Part shown: positions 10,161 to 19,779 of the stretch, in pieces | Position numbering within the stretch: position 1 is the first letter of the stretch | Layout: each line of letters starts with the position of its first letter | Virus record (IMG/VR): IMGVR_UViG_3300045988_164982 | Direction: 5' to 3' (one strand) | Length of the DNA stretch: 64,000 bases | Source of the DNA: a virus | Made by a program: the position numbers and the translations under genes | The notes under the pieces: model-generated | What the model was told of the DNA's origin: nothing | Database searches by the model: none | Seen by the model: the letters and a program-made list of their open reading frames with translations, nothing else

Positions 10161-10566
10161 TCACATAGCGGAAGTAGCCCGGATGTTGGGCGTAGAGATA
10201 GGAGAGATATTTAAGATTGCTGATGATACTCATGACGATTGCCAGAGATACCATCGATTCACAAAGAACGCTGGTATTGAAATATCAGATGATGGTATTG
10301 AATGGAAAACGGCCGGTACAGTGATATTGAAATTTCTCCTGATGGGGAATGTTAGAATTGTCAAACTGCCGTGGAAGCCTAGGGAAAATGAGAGGTATTA
10401 CTATCCACTTCCTAGCGACAACGACCTGTGGGGAGGTTCGACTTGGACAGATAGTAACTACGATAATATGAGACTTAATCGTGGTCTTGTCTTAAAGACA
10501 AGAGATGAAGCTGTCGCGGTAGCCAAGAAAATGCTGACAGTGATGCAGGAACAGGCGGTTGAGTAA
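10153..10566 (+). CDS. Member P4 of the early-protein family
   Basis: It contains MANHIAEVARMLGVEIGEIFKI...KLPWKPRENERYYYP...LNRGLVLKTRDEAVAVAKKML. It overlaps P3 by 8 nt. Confidence 0.65.
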   Translation: MANHIAEVARMLGVEIGEIFKIADDTHDDCQRYHRFTKNAGIEISDDGIEWKTAGTVILKFLLMGNVRIVKLPWKPRENERYYYPLPSDNDLWGGSTWTDSNYDNMRLNRGLVLKTRDEAVAVAKKMLTVMQEQAVE

Positions 10567-11240
10567 TGGCACAGGAAGTAGTATTAGGCGAGATTAAGGA
10601 CTTCAAAGATGATGGCGAGGTGGTTATAACAGCCACCCTGCCTAACCTCGACAGAGCACTGCTTAGGCAGTATAAAAAAGTTGAAGTAGGCTTTTGCGAT
10701 GGCAGAACCTTATCCCCAGAACAAAGGCGGAAGATATATGCCATATTTGGGGAGATTGCAGATTGGATAGGCGATGAAAAGGAATCTGTCAAGGAGCAGA
10801 TGAAATGGGAGTTTGTCCTCAACCGAATGGATAAGATGCGTAAGAGAATGTTCAGTCTTTCAGATGTGGATATGAACACAGCCTCGGACTTCATTACATT
10901 TCTGATAGATTTCATGTTGGAACATGATATTCCATCACGCATACCGCTGATAGAGCTTTGCGATGATGTAGGAAAGTATGTATATGCTTGCTTGATGAAT
11001 AAACGTTGCTGCGTGTGTGGCAAGCATGGAGAACTACACCACTTAGAGGGCAGCAGGGTAGGAATGGGAAGTGACAGGACAGAAGTACCGCATATAGGCA
11101 GGGAAGCAATCTGCTTATGCAGGGAGCACCATACCATAGTCCATAACATGAGCGAGTACAAGTTTATGCATGATAATCATCTTGTAGGAGTGAAAATAGA
11201 CGAAGCAATAGCTAAAAAGCATAAACTTAAAGCAAAATAA
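10566..11240 (+). CDS. HNH-motif nuclease-like protein
   Basis: The Cys/His clusters are CCVCGKHGELHHLE and CLCREHHTIVHN. Confidence 0.5.
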   Translation: MAQEVVLGEIKDFKDDGEVVITATLPNLDRALLRQYKKVEVGFCDGRTLSPEQRRKIYAIFGEIADWIGDEKESVKEQMKWEFVLNRMDKMRKRMFSLSDVDMNTASDFITFLIDFMLEHDIPSRIPLIELCDDVGKYVYACLMNKRCCVCGKHGELHHLEGSRVGMGSDRTEVPHIGREAICLCREHHTIVHNMSEYKFMHDNHLVGVKIDEAIAKKHKLKAK

Positions 11241-11285
11241 AATAAAAAAGAACAGTTTGGTAAATGAAAGGATTGATACTGATAT

Positions 11286-12173
11286 ATGCAGGCAGAGATT
11301 ACACCATTATTGCAGGCTCTAAATCCAGAGAACATTGGCACATATAACAGATTGCTGGCTCGTGCTATAGGGCTGAGTGAGGCTGTCGCGTATGCCAGTT
11401 TGGTCGCAAAATTCATATACTACAGTAAAAATGATCTGCTTGATGATGAGGGCTTTTTTTATTCAACCGTTGAGGATTTAGAAGAAAGCACAAGTTTATC
11501 AAAGAAGCAGCAAATCAGGGTTATAAAAAATCTAATTGAACATGGATTGATAGATTGCAAAAGGAAAGGTCTGCCAGCTAAACGATATTTCAAGATACTT
11601 TACAACGAAGAACGATTACGAGAATTGTTCAAGAAAAACAGTGGTGATGGGGATAACAAGAAGTTACCTTTGGGCACAACACTAGGTGACAAAAGGGAAC
11701 AACACTCGGTGACAAAAGGGAACAACAGTAAGTGCCAAAAGGGAACGGAAAACTATATAAATAAAACTATATTAAAAAACCATGATATAAAAAACAATAT
11801 AAATACATCGCCTAACGGTAATGATGGGACAACTGCAAGCAATAAAACGGAAGCATCTGCGAGTCCCAGTGAAAAACAGATAGAAGCTCAGTTCAACGAG
11901 GTATGGAAACTGTACCCAGCAGGTCGTAAGCAGGGAAAAGAACCTGCTAGAAAATCTTTCTTTAAGGCAATCAAAGACGGAGTGTCATTTGAAACCATCA
12001 AAGCTGGATTGTTAGCTTACAAAAAGCAGATAGAGTTCCGAAAAACTGAAACCAAGTACATAAAACAAGCCTCTACATGGTTTAATCAGAAATGCTGGGA
12101 GGATGAATATGAAACCGAAGTAAGACATTCAGAGGACGATTACCAGTGGGAAAGATTGGGGACATGGGTATGA
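11286..12173 (+). CDS. Replication initiator or replisome organizer, DnaD-like, with the origin inside the gene
   Basis: The N- and C-terminal regions resemble phage replisome organizers. The coding sequence contains 23-bp iterons and an AT-rich tract. Confidence 0.65.
   Translation: MQAEITPLLQALNPENIGTYNRLLARAIGLSEAVAYASLVAKFIYYSKNDLLDDEGFFYSTVEDLEESTSLSKKQQIRVIKNLIEHGLIDCKRKGLPAKRYFKILYNEERLRELFKKNSGDGDNKKLPLGTTLGDKREQHSVTKGNNSKCQKGTENYINKTILKNHDIKNNINTSPNGNDGTTASNKTEASASPSEKQIEAQFNEVWKLYPAGRKQGKEPARKSFFKAIKDGVSFETIKAGLLAYKKQIEFRKTETKYIKQASTWFNQKCWEDEYETEVRHSEDDYQWERLGTWV
11685..11753. repeat. Iterons of a putative origin of replication
   Basis: Three 23-bp direct repeats, GGTGACAAAAGGGAACAACA(C/G) twice and AGTGCCAAAAGGGAACGGAAAAC once, are followed by an AT-rich tract at 11754-11830. 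Confidence 0.6.
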
Positions 12174-13024
12174 GCGAACTTACCAGTTTGGCAGATATAA
12201 TCAAGGCTGATAACCAAGGCGATAATTGCCAGCAATTTAATTATGACCAGCACGAATATGAAAAACAACGAGTAGAAATCTTCAACGACATTCCAGGCGA
12301 TCTTAACGAGCAAGACGGCTATGAGTGTAATGCCTGTAAGAATCGAGGGGTTGTGGCGATTCTGGTTGGAAATAACCAAAGGTGGACTAGGGAGATACGA
12401 TTCTGCAAATGCAAGAAAATTCGTGATGGAATCATGCGTATGAAGCGGTCAGGGTTGGAGAATCTTTTAAAAAAATACAGATTTGAAAATTTTCAGGTAA
12501 CAGAGCAATGGCAGCAGACAATAAAAGAAAAAGCTGTTAGATTCTCTGAAAATCCTAGTCTCATGTTTTACATAGGCGGTCAAAGCGGGTGTGGAAAAAC
12601 AATGTTATGCACCGCTATTGCAAGGAAATTGCTATATTCAGGCATGAGCCTTAGATATGTTATGTGGCGTGATACATCAGTGAGATTAAAGGGATTAATC
12701 AAGGAAGAGGCACAGTACTCCCAGCTTATGGAAAAATTAAAACACATAGATGTTTTATACCTTGATGATTTTCTAAAAGTTCCTATCGGACAGGAAGAAA
12801 GCAAGCCTACTTGCGCTGATTTATCCTTGGCTTTGGAAATTATCAACTATCGCTACAATGCAAAATTGATAACTCTCATATCCAGCGAATGGACTGTGAG
12901 AGAAATCATAGATTTTGACGAGGCTTTAGGAGGCAGAATATTCGAGTTAGGCGGTGAATACTGCGTAGGAGTAAAAAAGGACAAAAAACGAAATTTTAGA
13001 ATCAGGAACATCGAGGAAATATAA
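12170..13024 (+). CDS. DnaC/IstB-like helicase loader ATPase
   Basis: Walker A is GGQSGCGKT and Walker B is VLYLDDF. An ATGA overlap links it to the initiator gene. Confidence 0.8.
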   Translation: MSELTSLADIIKADNQGDNCQQFNYDQHEYEKQRVEIFNDIPGDLNEQDGYECNACKNRGVVAILVGNNQRWTREIRFCKCKKIRDGIMRMKRSGLENLLKKYRFENFQVTEQWQQTIKEKAVRFSENPSLMFYIGGQSGCGKTMLCTAIARKLLYSGMSLRYVMWRDTSVRLKGLIKEEAQYSQLMEKLKHIDVLYLDDFLKVPIGQEESKPTCADLSLALEIINYRYNAKLITLISSEWTVREIIDFDEALGGRIFELGGEYCVGVKKDKKRNFRIRNIEEI

Positions 13025-13158
13025 AAACTCGTGTGGGGCGTTTTAAGACTGCATTGTACAGTTTTGCAATAATGCATCGCAAAACACATTAACGGCACCT
13101 TAGAATCGCTCTGAATGAAAATTAAAGGTATTTGCAGAAATGAAAAGAGGTAATTTTT

Positions 13159-13569
13159 ATGAATAAGGTAATCTTAAAAGGCCGTTTGTCCAAGGATGTT
13201 GATTTAAGAACAACAACCACTGGTAAGAATGTTGCGACTACCAACATAGCCGTAAACAGGTATGGTAAGGATGCTGGAGCTGACTTTATCCCCCTCGTTG
13301 TGTGGGGCGATAGAGCTGAAAATTTTGCCAAGTATCTGAGCAAGGGCAGAGAGGTTCTTGTTGAGGGCAAGATACAGATACGCAGCTATGAGGGCAAAGA
13401 TGGTGGCAAGCGGTACGCAACCGAGGTTATTGTTGATAATTTTGAGTTTTGTGGCAGTCGCAATGATGGTGGTAACAATAGCCAGCAGTCACAACAGTCT
13501 CATGAATCAGGTGGCGGATATTTTGGTGCCCCAGGGTTCAGTGCTGCTGATAACGATATACCGTTCTAA
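13159..13569 (+). CDS. ssb: Single-stranded DNA-binding protein
   Basis: It has an OB-fold sequence, a Gly/Gln-rich tail and the C-terminal DIPF motif. Confidence 0.9.
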   Translation: MNKVILKGRLSKDVDLRTTTTGKNVATTNIAVNRYGKDAGADFIPLVVWGDRAENFAKYLSKGREVLVEGKIQIRSYEGKDGGKRYATEVIVDNFEFCGSRNDGGNNSQQSQQSHESGGGYFGAPGFSAADNDIPF

Positions 13570-13721
13570 AAACAAAAGTTCTGTTTTAATAAATTAAGCA
13601 AATATATGAATTAAATAAAGCTGGTGAATAAAATGCAAATTGAGTATATCCCATGCATAAGTACGTTGGCTAAGGTTTTTGCAATAGGATTTTTAGTTGG
13701 CTTGTTTGTAGGATTTGCTGT

Positions 13722-14060
13722 GTGGTGCTAAAAAATGGAGTGAGTGAGATGTTAAGCAAATACAGAGCTGGCAAGAATAGTCTGCTGAAGTTAGCATATA
13801 TTAAACTTCCAAAAGGCAAGTGCGTTTATTGCCATATATGTGTTCATTTAGGCAGAGGAATTATTACCTATGTGTCCAAGAAGTATTATTGTTCGTTGCA
13901 AAAAGCACAGGAAACACTAGATGATTTGGCGGACTCTAAAGGCTATGATTGGGGGGGCGAGGTAAGTAGATTACAGCAGATAGCATTTAATCATAAACAC
14001 AAAACATTTTACTTTACGGGTATTAAATCCAGCCCTCAATGGCTGGCAGCACAGGGGTGA
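13722..14060 (+). CDS. hypothetical protein
   Basis: Open reading frame only. Confidence 0.35.
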   Translation: MVLKNGVSEMLSKYRAGKNSLLKLAYIKLPKGKCVYCHICVHLGRGIITYVSKKYYCSLQKAQETLDDLADSKGYDWGGEVSRLQQIAFNHKHKTFYFTGIKSSPQWLAAQG

Positions 14061-14065
14061 TTCTA

Positions 14066-14266
14066 ATGGATATTGCTCCATGCAAGGGCTGTACGAAAAG
14101 AAAAATGGGATGTCATGACAGCTGCGATGCTTACAAAGAATGGCTAGCCATAAGAGGCGAAATCGTAAAAGCATTGAGAACTGAGAGTGCACAGGATTAC
14201 TCGGTTTCAAGGGAATCACGACATCTAAGGTATCTGAGAAAGCAAAAAACAGATAAGGTGGTTTAA
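14066..14266 (+). CDS. Cys-rich small protein
   Basis: The Cys cluster is CKGCTKRKMGCHDSCDAY. The RBS AGGGGTGA precedes the ATG at 14066. Confidence 0.4.
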   Translation: MDIAPCKGCTKRKMGCHDSCDAYKEWLAIRGEIVKALRTESAQDYSVSRESRHLRYLRKQKTDKVV

Positions 14267-14267
14267 A

Positions 14268-14615
14268 TTGGAAAATAAGTGGGACATGGTGGAGAGGTTG
14301 GCGAAAGAGGGGTATCAATGCCCCTTTCCTAACTGTGAAAAATGCACTCTGCCAGATTGCTATAAAGATGAGATTGAGGCAAGAGTAAGGCATTTGCAAC
14401 ATACTCCAGAGGCTTCAAAACTTGTGAGAAGAGTTAAGGGGATTGAATTGTTTGCAGATGGGAAATATGTAAAAACCTACAAAAGTCAAGATGCTTGTAT
14501 AAGGGACATACAGTCGCATTTTGGCTTTGGCAGGGAAACTATGAGAAAGAAAATCAAGCAGTGTGTGAAAAATAACAGCAGTTTAGGCAAATATACATTC
14601 AAGTTTTTGACTTAG
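14268..14615 (+). CDS. Hypothetical, possibly DNA-binding
   Basis: TTG start follows AAGGTGG. The C-terminus has a basic helix-rich segment. Confidence 0.35.
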   Translation: MENKWDMVERLAKEGYQCPFPNCEKCTLPDCYKDEIEARVRHLQHTPEASKLVRRVKGIELFADGKYVKTYKSQDACIRDIQSHFGFGRETMRKKIKQCVKNNSSLGKYTFKFLT

Positions 14616-14633
14616 TAAGGATAGGAAAATTAC

Positions 14634-14948
14634 ATGAGTACAATATTTAGTCCAGAGGTCGTAAACCTTGACAAATACGAATCGAAACGAGGAGTAAGAC
14701 AGGTTTGCAAGATATTTGATGATAGCACGAATGAAGATAATTTCTTTTATGCAATATTAGCTCTGCCAGATGTTGAAGATTTGGCGGTATATCAAGGAAA
14801 AAGGCCTGATATTCGGTTTTACAACCTAGAAAGAGCACAAAGGCACCTCGATAAAACAGCGGACAAGGCAGGTCATCGGTGGTGTGGTAGAAACGAAGCT
14901 ATTCCTGCTTTCAAGCAAGTAATGCGTGAATATCATAGGATTTGGTGA
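14634..14948 (+). CDS. hypothetical protein
   Basis: Open reading frame only. Confidence 0.35.
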   Translation: MSTIFSPEVVNLDKYESKRGVRQVCKIFDDSTNEDNFFYAILALPDVEDLAVYQGKRPDIRFYNLERAQRHLDKTADKAGHRWCGRNEAIPAFKQVMREYHRIW

Positions 14949-14953
14949 TGTGA

Positions 14954-15409
14954 ATGGTAAAAGCTAAATACGGAAATAATAAATGTATGGTGATGGGGCA
15001 TACCTTTGACAGCAAGATGGAGGCCGACTATTACCTTTACCTGCTGGAGGAACAGCGAAAAGGAAAGGTGCTGGAGTTTTCCTTACAGCCGAAGATTAAC
15101 TTACAGCCACAATTTAGACTGGCAGGGAAAATGGTGCGACCCATAATGTACACTCCAGACTTTAAGGTGAAATACAGTACTGGCTTGGAAGAGTATATTG
15201 ATGTTAAAGGTATGAGCACGCAGCAGGGCGAATTAAAACGAAAAATGTATCAATACCAATATGAGCGAGAGGGAGGAATCCCTCTCATTTGGGTGACACA
15301 AAGTAAAAAATACAGCACTACAGGTTGGATTGATTACTTTGAACTCAAAAGAATACGGAGAAAAAACCGCACAATTAGTGTCAGCAAGGATAGTTCCGTA
15401 TGGGGTTAA
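14954..15409 (+). CDS. DUF1064-family phage protein
   Basis: The N-terminus KAKYGNNKCMVMGHTFDSKMEADYYLYL matches the signature of the DUF1064 phage family. Confidence 0.55.
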   Translation: MVKAKYGNNKCMVMGHTFDSKMEADYYLYLLEEQRKGKVLEFSLQPKINLQPQFRLAGKMVRPIMYTPDFKVKYSTGLEEYIDVKGMSTQQGELKRKMYQYQYEREGGIPLIWVTQSKKYSTTGWIDYFELKRIRRKNRTISVSKDSSVWG

Positions 15410-15434
15410 AGATGGCAGAAATAGAGGTGACAGC

Positions 15435-16052
15435 ATGATAAGATTGGAAAACCTAGAGGTATATAACCTTGGCAGAGCTATTTATTCGGCTAGAAATCCG
15501 ATGAACAGCTGGGGAAAGTCAGACAGTGACATTGAAAATGATGTTTTGGGAGAAAACGACCTGAATCTTGCTAATAAATTATTTAAGGCTGGTTCTGACC
15601 ACAGTAAGTTTATGAGGCAGATTTTTGTGACGGTGGACATTACAGCTCCTTTTTACTGGTGGAAAGAGGCTGATACTTACAAGGTCGGAACTGTAGCGAA
15701 TAGCTGTAGTACCATGCACAAGCTGATGGCTAGACCATTAGAGCTGAATGATTTTTCGTATGATGTAGACGATTTGGATTTTCAGGAATATCTAAAGAAC
15801 ACAATTGCCTATATCAATGGGAGAATGGAGGAATATCACAAGGCAGAAAATATCCGTCAGAAGTGGATTGTATGGAGGTCAATTATTATGATATTGCCGT
15901 GCTGTTACAATCAGCGAAGAACACTGACATTGAATTATGCCGTGCTCGCAAATATGCTCAAAGCTAGGGAAAACCATAAGCTATCAGAGTGGAGAGAGTT
16001 CTGTAGGTTTATGTATCTAAAGTGTCCGTATTTAGAGAGGATTATGCGATGA
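15435..16052 (+). CDS. hypothetical protein
   Basis: ATG at 15435 follows AGAGGTGA. The extension from 15330 overlaps the previous gene. Confidence 0.4.
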   Translation: MIRLENLEVYNLGRAIYSARNPMNSWGKSDSDIENDVLGENDLNLANKLFKAGSDHSKFMRQIFVTVDITAPFYWWKEADTYKVGTVANSCSTMHKLMARPLELNDFSYDVDDLDFQEYLKNTIAYINGRMEEYHKAENIRQKWIVWRSIIMILPCCYNQRRTLTLNYAVLANMLKARENHKLSEWREFCRFMYLKCPYLERIMR

Positions 16053-16402
16053 AGATCGAAGAAATAAAGGAATTGAGAGTAAAACCAATGCTGGGGGTGG
16101 CGAGACGGAGATGTGACAAATACGGCTTTGAGGTTTTGGTTGCTGACCTTACGGCAGAAGCTAAGGAAGTAGGCGAGGCATGGGATAAAGCCGTGGAGAG
16201 CAATGAGGACGATGAATACAACAAGCATTTTGCACATACGGCAGAAGAACTATATGACCTTGCCACCAGATGTGTTAGTGCTTTGTATGTAATGCAGGAA
16301 ATGCAGTCTTGTCCGTGCAAGGACTTGGTGCAGTCTGTAGCAAATCAGGTATATTACAAAGACCATGCAAGGGGGTACGACAATGGCAAATATTCCGATT
16401 GA
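16049..16402 (+). CDS. hypothetical protein
   Basis: ORF with RBS GAGAGG. It has an acidic, helix-rich composition. Confidence 0.35.
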   Translation: MKIEEIKELRVKPMLGVARRRCDKYGFEVLVADLTAEAKEVGEAWDKAVESNEDDEYNKHFAHTAEELYDLATRCVSALYVMQEMQSCPCKDLVQSVANQVYYKDHARGYDNGKYSD

Positions 16403-16568
16403 TAACGAACATCGTATGCAGGTTTACAGCAGACGAAGAGGCATAATTCTCGAAAAGTATCGCAATGGAACTATTTCTATGGATAAGGCCTTTGATGAGT
16501 TGAGAGCACTTTCCAAAGAATTTGATACAAACAACAAGCCTGTTCAGGGTGTTATGATGAAGATGTGA
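16383..16568 (+). CDS. hypothetical small protein
   Basis: ORF with RBS AGGGGG. Confidence 0.3.
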   Translation: MANIPIDNEHRMQVYSRRRGIILEKYRNGTISMDKAFDELRALSKEFDTNNKPVQGVMMKM

Positions 16569-18314
16569 TTGATAATGCGGATAAGCAAAATAGCATTAGA
16601 AAATTTTTGTGGAGTACAAAGCCTAACCGTAAATTTAAACGGAAAATCAGCAGATATTATGGCAGCAAGCGGAGCTGGAAAAACTGCTTTAGCTAATGCC
16701 TTGCCTTGGCTTGTGTGTGGGTGCTCGTATGACGAATGTATTGAGTTTTATCCCATTACCCTAGGCAAACAGACCAATTACCAATGGGGTAAGGTAGATG
16801 TTACATTTATCCTGCCTAGCGGGGTTGAAGTCTCATTAGGTAAAGCGTATTACGAATCAGCTTTTGCCTACAACATTTATTATGATGTCGTGGACAATGC
16901 CTGTGGGTGCTACTATTTTATCAACGGAGAAAAGACATCCAAGGTATCATTTGAAGAACTGCTGCTGGAAATAACAGGCTGTACCAGGGACGAATTATCA
17001 TTGCTTTTTGTAAACGAATATATATGGAATATGGATTATGCAAAAAGAAGAAACCAAGTGCTAGAATTTGTCCCCAGTGTTACTGACGAGGAAATACTGG
17101 GGAGAGATGGGCGATTAGAAATGCTTGTCACTATTCTCAAAGAGAATGACATGGATGTGGTTGCGTATAGCAATCTTGCCAGGGCACGCAGAATGGCAAT
17201 AAAAGATGAAATTACAAACCTGCCTACGCACTTACGGGACATGGTAGACGAATTGCCAGACTTTAAGCAGGAATCTGTGGAAGATGTAGAAAAGGAAATA
17301 AAGGAATACGAGGAAAATATTTCATTGCTGGAGCAGCAACGCCAGCACATTGATGAGAGTTATGATGTAAAAGAATGTTTGAAGAAAATTCATTCCCTAA
17401 AAATAAAGATAGGTAAAGCCGAGAAAGCGTATTGCTTTCATGCTATAGAGAGTAATAAGCCAAAGGAAAAGATCATACGAGAATTGCTACTCCGTGAGGG
17501 AGAGCATATCGCTGTTGTGCATAGACTAAGAGCAAACATTAAGACCTTAAAAAGGCAATACAATGATGATAAATCAAATGAGTGTGTGAAAGATGCACTA
17601 AATGATAAATTGTTGGAATTAAAGGAAGCTGTAAGAAATCAAAAGAACTGCCACAATGATATAGAAGCCTTGAAAATGTCTTGCGAGATTGTGCCAGATT
17701 ACAGCCTTACGGAGGAATTTGCTGTTTTAAAAGGGCGTATAGATGTTTATGAAGCACGAAAGGCGATTGCTATAGAAGCAGAAGAACAGAGGATAAACCA
17801 ACTTGTTGAAATGAACCACAAGGCTATAGAGGATGCAAAACAAAGAAAAGGAGTCTTAATGCAAGGCGAACGATTACTAGGAATCCTAAATCAAGAGGTG
17901 GAACATTATCTTGAATGTCACGCAGAGTATGAGAACCTAACATACCTAATTGATATGTGCAGACTGTACGCTCTTTGCAAGGCAAGGCTGCTTAATGAAA
18001 GAATGGCAGAAATATTCCCTACATTGCGATTTGTTTTTTATGAAATGCTGGCCAATGGCACAATGATAGAAAAATGTTCGCCAACTGTGTGCGTGAATGG
18101 CGAGTTTGTCCCATTTGCAATTGCTAGCAGGAGCGAAGTTCAAAATGCTAAGTTAGAGATGGCAGAAGCATTACGGCTGTTCTATAACAAAGATATTCCT
18201 ATAGTGGTAGATGACTATTTATCAGTAGATGGCTGTATAAAGCCGTCAGAACAGTTTGTACGCATGATATACGACAATAGGTATACAAATATTACCGTAG
18301 ATAAAAAAGACTAA
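16569..18314 (+). CDS. Second SMC/RecF-like coiled-coil ATPase
   Basis: It has ENFCG...AASGAGKTA (Walker A), a long coiled coil and a C-terminal IPIVVDDYLS (Walker B). No CxxC hook is present. Confidence 0.6.
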   Translation: MIMRISKIALENFCGVQSLTVNLNGKSADIMAASGAGKTALANALPWLVCGCSYDECIEFYPITLGKQTNYQWGKVDVTFILPSGVEVSLGKAYYESAFAYNIYYDVVDNACGCYYFINGEKTSKVSFEELLLEITGCTRDELSLLFVNEYIWNMDYAKRRNQVLEFVPSVTDEEILGRDGRLEMLVTILKENDMDVVAYSNLARARRMAIKDEITNLPTHLRDMVDELPDFKQESVEDVEKEIKEYEENISLLEQQRQHIDESYDVKECLKKIHSLKIKIGKAEKAYCFHAIESNKPKEKIIRELLLREGEHIAVVHRLRANIKTLKRQYNDDKSNECVKDALNDKLLELKEAVRNQKNCHNDIEALKMSCEIVPDYSLTEEFAVLKGRIDVYEARKAIAIEAEEQRINQLVEMNHKAIEDAKQRKGVLMQGERLLGILNQEVEHYLECHAEYENLTYLIDMCRLYALCKARLLNERMAEIFPTLRFVFYEMLANGTMIEKCSPTVCVNGEFVPFAIASRSEVQNAKLEMAEALRLFYNKDIPIVVDDYLSVDGCIKPSEQFVRMIYDNRYTNITVDKKD

Positions 18315-18329
18315 GGAAAGGGCGAAAAC

Positions 18330-18539
18330 ATGAATAACGAAACTAACAACACAAACCAGGCACAGGAGAATAATGAAGCTAGAGAAGCGATACGTGAAGT
18401 GTTAGAGAAAAATGTTGCCATCAAGGCTGTACTGGGAACATTGATATTCTTTACCATAATCGCTGTTATTGCACTGCTTAACGGAGCTGTGGTAGCTTTA
18501 GGGCTACTGCCTATATTAGCTGCATTGGGGTTGATTTAA
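18330..18539 (+). CDS. Small membrane protein
   Basis: The C-terminal segment ~LGTLIFFTIIAVIALLNGAVVALGLLPILAALGLI is hydrophobic. Confidence 0.35.
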   Translation: MNNETNNTNQAQENNEAREAIREVLEKNVAIKAVLGTLIFFTIIAVIALLNGAVVALGLLPILAALGLI

Positions 18540-19229
18540 TTGGCTAGACCTATAGAAAATTTAATTGGACAAAAGTTTGGGTATTTGACTGCCCTGCACC
18601 CAGAGAAAAGGAATGGCATTATTGAATGGTTGTGTGTGTGCGAATGTGGAAATAAGATTTTTGTTCGCACCTCATATTTGAAGTCGGGCAGGGTTAAGTC
18701 GTGTGGGTGCTTGAATTGGGATCAGCAAAAAAACGATAAGGCTATGAAGTACAAGCTCAGACAGAATTTACGCAAGGCAGCATTAATGCGGAATTTTGAC
18801 GGTATGATTATCAATTCGACCAAGAGCACTAGAGGCGAGGGGCTGAGTGCTGTCCGAGGGGTAAATTGGCATAAGGGCAATCAAATGTGGGAGGCTCGAA
18901 TCTTTGTAAATGGAGAGAATCACCATTTGGGGTACTATAGAACGCTTGATGAAGCTGCAAAGGCCAGAGATAAGGCTGAGAAAAAGTATCTTGCACCTGT
19001 TATTCGCAAGTACAACAGAATAAAGAAGAAATTGGAACGGCTCGTTCAGGAAGAATGGGATGCTGGCAAGGAAGCACGCATAAAGGAACTGAAACAGCAG
19101 TTGGAGGAGTGGGAGAAGCGTAAGGAAAATGTAGACCGCAGTTTACGAAGTGCAGAGGATAGGAGGAAAGCAAGACATAATGCAAACAGAGATAAAAGAC
19201 GAGAGGGTTTCAATCCTGACTTACAATGA
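18540..19229 (+). CDS. AP2-domain DNA-binding protein with an N-terminal zinc ribbon
   Basis: The N-terminus has CVCECGNK...SCGC. GVNWHKGNQMWEARIFVNGENHHLGYYRTLDEAAKARDKAEKKY is AP2-like. Confidence 0.6.
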   Translation: MARPIENLIGQKFGYLTALHPEKRNGIIEWLCVCECGNKIFVRTSYLKSGRVKSCGCLNWDQQKNDKAMKYKLRQNLRKAALMRNFDGMIINSTKSTRGEGLSAVRGVNWHKGNQMWEARIFVNGENHHLGYYRTLDEAAKARDKAEKKYLAPVIRKYNRIKKKLERLVQEEWDAGKEARIKELKQQLEEWEKRKENVDRSLRSAEDRRKARHNANRDKRREGFNPDLQ

Positions 19230-19728
19230 TTATTGCACGTTGGCCAAGGAATATCTGAGGTCGTACAATCAATTTAGAAGCACTTTGGAAAACCTCAAAA
19301 ATGACAAGAGGGCTATGTACAAAAGACTCCAAGAGTATGAAGATGTATCAGCAGGTGTCAGCAAATACGGATTGGCTGCTACTGTACCAGCTACAGGAAG
19401 TTCTGCCGGCAGTGTTGTGGAAAGAACATCGGAGAAAAGAGAGCGTGTGCGTGTAAGGCTAAAGGCGATAGATAGGGACATTGAGGAATTGGAAACTATT
19501 ATCCGTAAGATAGACCGAGCACTAACCTTTATGCCGACCATAGAGGGGGAAATGGTACGCCTCCATTTCATTGAAAGATTTAAATGGTATCAGGTAGGAG
19601 AATCGCTGGGCATGAGCCGCCATTGGGTGACGGAGAAAGGGAATGAGGCATTGAAGAAAATGGCATTAATGCTGTTTGGAAGTGTTGCAGCAATGCCAGA
19701 ACACAACAGGTTCTGTTTTGTGAAATAA
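19180..19728 (+). CDS. ArpU/RinA-like late-gene transcriptional regulator with a sigma-70 region-4-like domain
   Basis: The C-terminal HTH is WYQVGESLGMSRHWVTEKGNEALKKM. It is the last gene of the early block. GGAGGA lies upstream of the ATG at 19180. Confidence 0.5.
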   Translation: MQTEIKDERVSILTYNDYCTLAKEYLRSYNQFRSTLENLKNDKRAMYKRLQEYEDVSAGVSKYGLAATVPATGSSAGSVVERTSEKRERVRVRLKAIDRDIEELETIIRKIDRALTFMPTIEGEMVRLHFIERFKWYQVGESLGMSRHWVTEKGNEALKKMALMLFGSVAAMPEHNRFCFVK

Positions 19729-19733
19729 GAAAA

Positions 19734-19769
19734 GGAGCACCAAACCTTGCGGAATGGTGCTCCTTTTTA
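19734..19769 (+). terminator. Rho-independent terminator
   Basis: A perfect 9-bp stem, GGAGCACCA...TGGTGCTCC, is followed by TTTTT. Confidence 0.8.
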
Positions 19770-19779
19770 CTTTGTGATA

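Noticed and set aside
15435-16052. ThyX-like (flavin-dependent thymidylate synthase) assignment for the 205-aa early protein
   Set aside because: The RHR...S..R signature of ThyX was not found. It is left as hypothetical.
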